Source: Thecamonas trahens ATCC 50062
Taxonomy: Eukaryota > Protista > Apusomonadida
Direction: 5' to 3'
Assembly: GCF_000142905.1 (NCBI RefSeq)
Contig: NW_013657659.1
Span: 89,487 to 153,486 of the forward strand
DNA length: 64,000 bases
The notes under the pieces are model-generated. The model had not been told where the DNA came from. It was given only the letters and a program-made list of their open reading frames with translations, and searched no databases. Position numbers and translations under genes: made by a program. Positions 45,151 through 54,463 of the stretch are shown in pieces; positions within the stretch are counted from its first letter, which is position 1; each line of letters starts with the position of its first letter.

Positions 45151-45230
45151 GAAACAGCCCACCACTGCTAGCGACTACATATACGACGACATATGTATGT
45201 AGTCGCTGGGTAGCAGTGACGGGCTGTTTC
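45151..45230. other. Long imperfect inverted repeat (hairpin), candidate structured ncRNA
   Basis: Paired segments GAAACAGCCC/GGGCTGTTTC, CACTGCTA/TAGCAGTG and GCGACTACATA/TATGTAGTCGC around a ~10-nt loop; followed by a T run. Confidence 0.8.
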
Positions 45231-45399
45231 TTTTTGTGCGGAGAAAAAGCGGAAGAGGTGCGGAGAGTGATCAATATTTTCAATCATGACCATTCAACGC
45301 TCTCCAATAGAGAGGCGACAGACATTGGCCCAACCTCGTTGTTTGCCTGGAGGACCATCTTACAGAAAAGGTCGTAGAGTGTTCAGAGCAAGAACCATT

Positions 45400-48300
45400 A
45401 TGAGTGGTAGCATGTTGTTTGCACTGGAATGTGTGGTGGTGGTGGTGGGGCTTGTTCTCGCTCTCCCTATCACCCTCTCTGAGCCCACAACGTACTCCAT
45501 GGACGCCACCGTCGCATCGTCTGCCTTTGTCGGCGCTCAGCTGTCGGGATCGGTGTCGGACTCGCCCAGCCAATGGCAGATGGATAATGGCGTAACAGGC
45601 GGTCTGCTCTTTGCTTTTACTCCCGACGGCCTCAACTCGTCCACAGGCCATGTCCATGTCCTTCCATCCTCCACCCTCCTCTTTCCCGGAGGCTCCAACG
45701 TGGCGCTTCTCGGCTCGATGAGGGTTGCTGCCAGGCCGTTCGACGAGCCCGACGCTCTCCTCGCCCTGCCCTTCTCTGATGCGGCGTGGCAGGTGCCGAA
45801 TGGCCTCTCGGGCAGGGCAATGATCCCCAGCAGCTTCCAATCGTCTTTGCTTGGCGACACTTCGAGCTTCCAGATGTCCGGTAGCGCCGTCGCGGACTCA
45901 CTCACTCTCGCCTTCAACAGCCCATCGTTTGGCACGCACCTGGGCCTGTACGTCACGCCGGCATCGTGTGCATCGACCTCGTGTGATGTGTTCCTCTCAC
46001 CGCTGCCTTCGCTCACTGTGAACTACTATCACGTCTGTCCGGTCGTTAGCGGCGTGGCTAACGCGCGGGTCCGCGATTCGGAGCACACGTCGCAACCGTA
46101 CGCGCCGGTGGGCGAGAACCTGGTCGTCGAGTGCGAGTTGGGCGCCAAACTTGAACCGCCGCACTCGGGCAACGCCATCGCGGTCACTTGCTCCCCCGAC
46201 GGTAGCTACTCGCCGACTATCGGCTCCGTGGCGTGCGCGTTTCCGCCGCCGCCGCCGCCGCCGTATGCCTGTGAACTCCTCCCGCCACCGACCAATGGCA
46301 ACATCTCGTTCTCCAATTATGGCTACCGCGGCTCCATGGCGACGTCAGTCTGCAACGCCGGCTATGATCTTGTGTCCGGATCGACTACCCGCGAGTGCAC
46401 CGGCGAGTCCGGCTCGCCGCCAGGCAACGGCGGGAGCGCAGGCAGCGAACCGCCGGGATGGTCGGGCATCCCGGTCTCATGCATCGTCGTCGAGTGTCCT
46501 GGACTGCTTTGGCCGACCAACGGCGTCATCTCGTGTTCGGGCGCATCATCTCCGTCGGTGGAGGGCGCGTACCAGGAGCAGTGCAATACGACGTGTAATG
46601 CTGGATTCTCGCTTGTCGGCGCAGCGACGCGGACGTGTCGGGCCGACTCGACATGGAGCGGCAGCATAGCGCCGTTTTGCTCCTCGTTTAACATCTCGAC
46701 CTCGTACGCCGTATTCCAGGGCCCAACCGAGCTTCAAGTGCCAGCCGGCGCCACGCTCGGGTTCTCGGTCTCGGTCCGCGACTCTAGCGGCTTCCCGGTC
46801 ATGACCGGAGCCGACGCGCCGATGGTGCGCACCTCGCCCGACGGCGTCAACCTTGTCAGCGAAACGGTGTACCGCGGCAACGGGCTGTACAACGCGCTCT
46901 TTCCAGTGGCGACCAAGGTCGGCAACTACCTCTACGAACTTGGTGTCAACAATCTCCCGTTCGAGACTGCCCCCAACGTGCTCAATGTCACAGTTGTGCC
47001 GGGCCCGCTCGATCCAGGCACGACGTATGTCGAGTACAATGGCGAGGAGCTGGTCGACTCGCAGCTGGACATTGCCACATCGGTTGCGCTCGAGTATCAC
47101 ATCGTCCTCCGGGATGAGTACGAGAACGCGCTGGTACGCCTTCCCGCTGGCGGAACAAGCGTATTTTCGGTCATCCTCAAGCTCGGCTCGGTCGTCACGC
47201 CGGTATTGTACCTCAACGAGGTGACGGAGCCTTCGGCCCGACTGGCGCTTGGCATCTACGTCGAGGTCGGCGGCACGTACACCATGTCGATCAAGGCTGG
47301 TGTCACCGACATTGCACTCTCGCCGTTGATTGTCAACGCGGCGCAAGTCTGCCAGCCGGGCTTCAAGGTCTTTTCCGAGTTTGCTTGCACCGGATGCGGG
47401 ATCTCGACCTACTCGGACACGATTGGTGCGCCCGAGTGCACAGCGTGTCCACAGTATGCGACGTCGCCGGAGCTCTCGTCGACGTACCTCAACTGCTCGT
47501 GCTTACCAGACTACTGGTTTGGGCCGGAGCCGCGGACTGCGGCGTCGATCTGCATTCCGTGCCCAGTGGGCGGAGTGTGTGACGGCGGCGACTCGTGGCC
47601 GTACTCCGGGACGGGTTACTTTGAGAAAGAGCCGGGCTCTGCGGTGTTTGTCGAGTGCGAGCGAGCAGGGGCGTGCGCGGGCAGCAACGGGTGCTCGCCG
47701 GGTCATCTCGGGTACATGTGCAACGAATGTGCGCCAGGCTACCACACCGGGCCATCGGGCAACTGCCGCAAGTGCCCCAAGTCATCGTGGGCGCTCATTC
47801 TACTGTTGATGGTGCTCATTGTGGGGCTGGCCGGGGCGGTGGTGGCGGTTCTTGCGCTCACTCTCTCCAAGCAGCAGGAGCATCCCGAGGGTGACGCACT
47901 GCTCAAGATGGGACTGCGGGTCCGCCTCATTCCGGCGACTCTGTCGATGACGATTGTGGCGATGCAGGTGGTAGGCATGCTGTCTGAGAGTCGGCTGGGA
48001 TGGCCGACGACGGCAAGGTCGGCGATGCGGCTGGCATCGGTGTTCAACATTGACATGCGGGTGTTTGGCACCGAGTGCACCATCGGCTCGTTCCACAACA
48101 ACTACGTGTTCTCGGTCTCGCTCCCGCTCATGCTCGTGGCTGCGCTGGCTGTCGGGTTCTTCCTTCTCAAGCTGACGCGGCACATGTTGCTGTGCAAGGT
48201 GCTCCGGGTGAGGTCGATGAGGGCTGCGCCGTTTCTGGACGGCTCGCTCTTCACCATCATGCCCGTGCTGTACATTCCGATTGCGCGTACAACGCTAGTG

Positions 48301-49469
48301 TACTTTGACTGCACACAGCTGCCCAACGGCAACTTTGTGCTCGATGCCGATCTGGGCGTCAAGTGCTTTGACCATTCGTGGTGGGCGCTGTTTCCGGTGG
48401 CGGTGACAGCGGTGACGCTGTATGTGGTCGGCCTTCCGCTGTACGCGCTGGTGCGCCTGGTAACGAACCGGGCGGACCTCTTTGAGCCGCATGTCTTCTC
48501 GCGGTTTGGCGCGCTATACAAGCTCTACCGCACGCCGTTCTATCTGGGTGAAATCGCCAACATGAGCAAGCGGCTGCTGCTTGTGGTGGCGTCACTATTT
48601 CTTTCTCGGGCGCAGATCGCGCAGGTCGGGCTCATTCTGGCAGTGCTCTTTACTGGCTTGCTGGTGGTTGTCCGGCACGAGCCGTACTTTTATCCGCTGT
48701 ACAACACGACAGACCGGCGAATCTCGCTCGCGCTGGTCCTGCTGGTCTTTGTCGGCATGGGCGCGTACACCGAGCGCGGGGCGGACAACTCGTCGCCCAA
48801 CGCGTACTTTACGGCTGCGACGATTCTTGTGCTCATCGCGCTGTTTCTTATCTGCTCGGTGGCGATTACGACCGAGATGCGTGAGCTGTTCAATGAGCGA
48901 TCGCACAAGTACTCGGGCTACACCCACCGCGGGCGGATGCTGCGGCGGCACATTGACGGGCAGCTGCCGGACCTACGGCCCGGGCTCGCCAATCTGCTTC
49001 AGAACGCGTTCGAAGCTGCTGAGGATGCCGAAGCCCGTGGCGACTACACGCTGAAGGGAGCGCTGAGCTCGTCTGCGTCAGCGCTACACCTTCCGCTGGC
49101 GCGGGCTGAGCTCTCACCTACTCTCGCCACCGACCTTCCGCCGGAGCTTGAGGACAGCAGCAAGGCGGATGCGCTCTCGCGGATCGACTCGATTGCGCTC
49201 GAGGACACAGGCGGCATGTTCTTCAACCCGGTGTACTTTGTGGATGAAGGTGACGAGGAGGACGATTTCGACCGGCAGGTCTCGGGTGTGTTCGGCATGC
49301 TGGCCGCCGGAGGCTCATCCGGCGCGCTGGCCGCGGGGGATCGTCAACGACGCTGGCCTCGACCCACTACAGCGCGAACCCGCCTACGCCGCGGATGACC
49401 CCGTGGATGGACGCGATTTCCGAGTCGACATCGTCATTGGAAGGCGATGAGTCTGCGCCGTGGGACTGA
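45400..49469 (+). CDS. Cell-surface multi-TM receptor-like protein: signal peptide, Sushi/CCP repeats, filamin/Ig-like repeats, GCC/ephrin-receptor-like Cys-rich repeats, multi-pass membrane domain; probable frameshift ~49338
   Basis: Sushi motifs CELLPPPTNG..CNAGYDLVSG..C and CNAGFSLVGAATRTCRADSTWSG. Ig-like VTVVPGPLDP. Cys-rich CTGCGISTYSDTIG..CTACP and CIPCPVGGVCDGG. At least 8 hydrophobic helices with FDC..LDADLGVKC, LYVVGLP and RFGALYKLYR. The ORF as given ends at 49398; adding one G extends it to 49469. Confidence 0.82.
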
Positions 49470-49489
49470 ATAGACAAACAGCAGAGAGC

Positions 49490-51099
49490 CTACTCTGGCT
49501 CGTCGTCGATCGGCTCGGGGTCGAAGCGCTTCTTCAGCTGCTCCATAACGATAAAGATAATGATGACGCGCGGGCCGATACGGGCAAAGTTGGGCCAGAA
49601 GCCGTTCCACAGGCAGAGAACGCCTTCGGCCTTGACCGACTTGATGAAGCAGTCGATCATGGACTTGTACAGCTTGCCCTTCCCGGTTGCCGGGTCGCGC
49701 GGCTGGTTGAGCATGCGCGACTTGGCAACGTCAAACGGCGACGAGGCGAGTGCCGAGACAAAGCCGGCGCCCGTAGCGGTGACGGCGTGGAGCGGGAGCC
49801 CATTGTCCGAGTGCGAGCCAAGGAGCCGGTGCTTCTGGATAAAGTACTTGAGCTCGTCGTAGGCCGGGAGCTCTGCCGCGGCGAGGACGGTAGCGCGGGC
49901 GCATGTCGGCCCGACACCGGACCACAGCGCGAGGACGCCTTCGTTGCGAATGATGTGGGTAAAGGCGTGAAGCAGCGAGGTGTAGCGGGTCTTGACAGCG
50001 TCGCCGGCCATGCCGGCAGCCTGCATCCGGACCTTGATCAGATCCGCCGGGTTGCAGATAGCCGAAGAGAGGGCGCCAGCGCCGGCGCCGGCCACCACCT
50101 TGAGAGTCAGCGGCATCTGGTCTTTGGGCATATCGGGCGGGATACCCAGGAGCGTCTTCATCGGGGTGTACAGGCCATAGCGCATCGAGCCGTACGTGGC
50201 CTGGCGGAGCAACGCCGGCGAGAGGCCCCCAAACAGGGCTTTGATGCCCTCCTTGCGGGCCATTGTGCGGACGGCATCAAAGACGCCAGTGTACGCCCTG
50301 GTTGCACCCAGTTCGCCCTGAAGCTGGAGGCGGGTCTGTAGCCAGTCGCAGCGGTAGTAGATATCAGCGATTGACGGCAGATACCAGCGAGTGGCGGCAG
50401 ATGCCAGTGAGTGGCGGCAGATGCCAGCGAGTGGCGGCAGATGCCAGCGAGTGGCGGCAGACACCAGCGATTGGCGGCAGATACCAGCGAGTGGCGGCAG
50501 ATACCAGCGATTGGCGGCAGATACCAGCGATTGGCGGCAGATACCAGCGATTGGCGGCAGATACCAGCGATTGGCGGCAGATACCAGCGATTGGCGGCAG
50601 ATACCAGCGATTGGCGGCAGATACCAGCGATTGGCGGCAGATACCAGCGAGTGGCGGCAGATGCCAGCGATTAGCGGCAGATACCAGCAAGGTCAGCCCC
50701 AAGCCGTCATTCGAATGTTCGACATCCGCCGCAGTGCGGCATTTTGTTCGTTCCGCGCGCCACCAGCGAACACAGCCACGAGACACGGAGCCATTCCCAG
50801 GGCAACCAGAGCGAGTACCACATCCAATGAGTACAGAGCCAGACCCAAGTGACCCTCCACTGTCTCTTGTACCTACCCATTCCCTTCTCTGTCCATCCAA
50901 CTCCCTCTATCACCCACCCTGCCCCTGTCCTGGCTGCTGCCTGCCCTGGCTGCCCACCGCCCTCCCCCTTCCCCCTGCTCCACCCTCTGCCCAATACCAG
51001 CCGTACCTTGACCACATCGATGGGAATGGTGCAGCACTCGGCAACACATGAGGCGATGCCACCAAAGGCAAGTCCGATGGCCACTGATGATGAATCCAT
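49490..51099 (-). CDS. Mitochondrial carrier, UCP/SLC25A14/30-like; intron 50336-51006
   Basis: Three carrier motifs PIDVVK-TRLQ, PADLIKVRMQ and PFDVAKSRM. Also GLSPALLRQATYGSMRYGLY and GFWPNFARIGP. Confidence 0.92.
50361..50690. repeat. Intronic minisatellite, 20-bp unit x ~16.5
   Basis: Consensus ATACCAGCGATTGGCGGCAG with AT(A/G) and GA(T/G) variants; no spacers. Confidence 0.97.
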
Positions 51100-51462
51100 C
51101 TGATTTCAATTGGTGGAGATGAGTGAGATGACATAGTATGCTGCCTGCTACTGCGACTGCCGACTGCGGCTGGTACTGCTGATGAGCGTGTCCTCTCGGG
51201 TCATCAGGGCGAGGAGGGGAGGGGTTGGACTCTTTGACTGATGCAAGGACTCTAGAAGTGAGCGATGGTGGGATCAGAGATGAGAGACGTAGGATGGTGG
51301 TATTGGGCGTCGGCTCAGTGAGCAGGATCTGGGGGGGGGATGGATGATGGTGGCATGACGTAGGAAGAAGAAGAGTGGAGGCATGAGATCAGGGTGGGAA
51401 CTCCATGATCATGTTAGAGAATGTAGGCGGTACGGGTAGAGGGGCTAAAGCGTCAGATGCCG

Positions 51463-52129
51463 CTACTTGCGCACTCCAAACGAGACCGGGAGCCCCATCT
51501 TGGAACGTATGTCGGCCTCGGCTTTGGCGGCCGCAAGCGCGGCCGAGTTCATGCCGAGCTGGCTCGACGAGCCCAGTCCGCCCAAGACGGCGGTCTCTTC
51601 GCGCTTGCGCTTGCGCTTCCGCTTGCGGACGGCGCGCTTCTCGGCGGCGACGGCCTCATTGGCCTCGATCGCCGCGTCAAGCGTGTACGCGTCCGCAGCC
51701 GCAACCGGGGTGCCCTCGGGTGCCAGCTCGCCAAGGGCACGACGACGGCGGAGGTCCTTACGATGGGCACGAGCCTCGCGCTTGGCTGCCACCAGCTCGT
51801 CCAGATGGGCGATGACATCCTTTGCCGGCACGTTCTCCACCCGCATCGACATGCCCAGGGCCTTGGCATGCCGCCGCGAGGCCATGTGCGCCAGATACGC
51901 CATCGAGTCGGTCAGCACTGTGTCGCACACCTTGCAGTGGTAGCCGGCCCGGAGCGTGCCTGCCCGCAGCCGCACCCGCTTCCCCACAGCCTTGTCTACG
52001 TCCACAACCTCGGATCTCTTCAGATTGCCTCGCATCTTGTGCTTCAGCCGCACCGCGCCCTTGCTCTCCGGTGCAGCGAGTCCACCAGCTCCTCCACTTC
52101 CGCCAGCAGCCCCAGCAGTAGTGCCACCT

Positions 52130-52162
<33 letters not shown>

Positions 52163-52260
52163 TCGGCCTCGGCTTCCTCGGCAGCCGCAAGCTCCTTGGC
52201 CCGCGCCGCTGCGCTCTCTGTATCCCACACCTTGCGGAATGTGTGGTCGACACCCGACAT
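51463..52260 (-). CDS. ZMAT2: Zinc finger matrin-type 2 / Snu23 spliceosomal protein
   Basis: FRKVWD, GYHCKVCDTVLTDSMAYLAHMASRRHAKALGMSMRVE, and C-terminal MGLPVSFG. Confidence 0.85.
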
Positions 52261-52469
52261 GTTGGTTGGTGTGTGTATAGGGGGGTGAGGTGGGGGGGGG
52301 GAGCTTGGCGGGGTCCGCGACTTGGCTCGGCTCTGATCGGCTTGGCTCGACTCAACCGGCGGTGAGCTGGTAGGTGATGGGACTGGTGCTCGATCTGGGA
52401 CAATAGACAGCACTCAACAGACAGAGTGTGCACGAGGGCGCGGGATCAGTTTAGGATGACGGATGATAG

Positions 52470-53768
52470 TCAGAATGCGCCACCCTGCCGATCGAGTCGC
52501 ATGTTGTAGAGGATGGCAAGGAGTGAGGCGTAGAGGGAGAGGGTCTTGCCGATGAGACTTGGCGTGATGAGGATGGCACCAAAGAGGCGGAAGCCGGCCT
52601 GGCGGTGTGAGATGATGGTGATAAATGGGGCGGTTCGTCGCGGGTGCGCTCCAGCTTTGGCAGTGGATCTCGTCAGCGCTGCAACGATGCCGGAGGTGCC
52701 CTGGGCGTGAACACGCGCAGCGCCGCCGATGACAACGAGGGCAACCGCCAGCGTGGCCAGAAACCAGAATAGCTGCACCATGAGGATCTCAGACGAGTCA
52801 ATGGGGGCCACAACGAGGCGGAAGGCAAGAAAGACGTTGAGCGCACAGTGCGCCACCATAACAATGCCGAGATGAATCCGCCCAAACCGCGAGATAAAGT
52901 CCATCCGATCAGTTATGACCCTGTGGCGGGCGTTGATCCACGGCCCAGGCTCGGCATCGTCCCCGCTCCCAATGTCTGTGGCAAGCGCCGCATACTGGCC
53001 GCGAACCACGTTGAGAAGGAGCAGGTATGGCAGGAGCGGAATGAGCCATGCGATCGAGCCCACAACGACGCTGAACTCAAAGACCACTAGGTACACGCGG
53101 CTATCCTTAGCCGGCCCGCGAAAGTCGTCCCACACCTGGGTCAGCACCCCTTCGTTGTTGATCTCCGCCATCGGCGCAATGGTCATGTCCAAAACCGTCA
53201 GCGGAATCACAATGAGCAGCCCGATAATAAAGGCGCGATTGAGAGAGCGGACCGCCACCCGGGCGCTCCATGAGCTGTCTGCTGGTGCCTCCTCGTCGAC
53301 GTCCGAGTACGATTTGACTTGGTGGACAAGATCAGGTAGGACGCCTAGCAGCAGGTTAGCGAACCAGCGCGGTGGCATGATCAGCGCCATGCAGAGATAG
53401 ACAAGGCCGACTTGACCTACAAACAGCACCCCAAGAACGGTCATGGTTGGGAAGCGCGAGTCGTGGATGCCCGCCGCCCCAATGATGGCAACCGCTACGC
53501 ACATCAGACCCAATGCCGAGGCCACACATTGTGCCACCCGCCCCTCTATCTGTTTGTCGCTCCGATCCAAAAACGTAGCCATCAGTACCCACTCCATGGC
53601 CCGCATCCCTATCCCCGCCGTCGCCACATTCATCGCACTGCCGCCGCTCTCGCCCTTTGCCCGACTCGCACAGCTCCCGGACAAAGTCAAATCCGAGCTC
53701 AAGCCCGAGCCCGAGCTCCAGCCGCTCTCGGTGGTGTACTCCGATTGTGCCCTTGTGTATCTACCCAT
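52470..53768 (-). CDS. Gustatory-receptor-like (GRL/7TMIC) seven-TM protein
   Basis: 432 aa, no signal peptide, seven hydrophobic segments. Long amphipathic loops after TM4 (RHRVITDRMDFISRFG) and TM6 (AARVHAQG). Split TM7-like end GFRLFGAILITPSLIGKTLSLYASLLAILYNM. Confidence 0.65.
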   Translation of the reverse strand: MGRYTRAQSEYTTESGWSSGSGLSSDLTLSGSCASRAKGESGGSAMNVATAGIGMRAMEWVLMATFLDRSDKQIEGRVAQCVASALGLMCVAVAIIGAAGIHDSRFPTMTVLGVLFVGQVGLVYLCMALIMPPRWFANLLLGVLPDLVHQVKSYSDVDEEAPADSSWSARVAVRSLNRAFIIGLLIVIPLTVLDMTIAPMAEINNEGVLTQVWDDFRGPAKDSRVYLVVFEFSVVVGSIAWLIPLLPYLLLLNVVRGQYAALATDIGSGDDAEPGPWINARHRVITDRMDFISRFGRIHLGIVMVAHCALNVFLAFRLVVAPIDSSEILMVQLFWFLATLAVALVVIGGAARVHAQGTSGIVAALTRSTAKAGAHPRRTAPFITIISHRQAGFRLFGAILITPSLIGKTLSLYASLLAILYNMRLDRQGGAF

Positions 53769-54011
53769 GTCCCTTTGTCCTGCACCTATACTCGTCCGCA
53801 GCCGCCGTGGCTCAGGCAGTGAGCTGTGCCCTTCCCCAACCACTACCAACCGATCACCGCAACCATCAGAGGTGAAGAGATGCCACCACAGCAGCCACCA
53901 GTACGACTTCTGCCTCCTGATCACCCGTGCGTGACCAAGCCCACCACCACGGCCATCCCTTCATCCCTTCACGCTGGCGATCATCTCCTCAGCATCGCCC
54001 GGATGTCGTGC

Positions 54012-54319
54012 CCTCATCCTCACCAACCACACTCATCCCCACCTCCATCTGCCCCGATGTACATCCTCGCAATCTCAACACGCCATGATCACCACCCTGT
54101 CACACCCCCGATGATATGATCCATCCTCTTCGCCCTTCATGTCGCCGGCCTGCCCTCCCCTATCCGCGCATATTGGCCTCATCCTCACCAACCACACTCA
54201 TCCCACCTCCATCTGCCCCGATGTACATCCTCGCAATCTCAACACGCCATGATCACCACCCTGTCACACACCCACGATGATATGATCCATCCTCTTCGCC
54301 CTTCATGTCGCCGGCCTGC
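54012..54319. repeat. Direct duplication of ~142 bp (54012-54153 and 54177-54319)
   Basis: Two near-identical copies of CCTCATCCTCACCAACCACACTCATCC..CCCTTCATGTCGCCGGCCTGC with small indels. Confidence 0.93.
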
Positions 54320-54463
54320 AGTCGGCCGGCCCCCAACCCCGTCCCCTCCCTCAACCACTGCGACAGCGCCAAACGGCCACCACCTCACGCCGCCACCAGA
54401 CACACACTCGCACACACACGCACATACTCACTCACACTCACGCACATACACAGAGTGGTGTAT

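Noticed and set aside
50361-50690. CRISPR-like array
   Set aside because: Units are contiguous with no unique spacers, there are no cas genes, and the context is a eukaryotic intron; it is a minisatellite.
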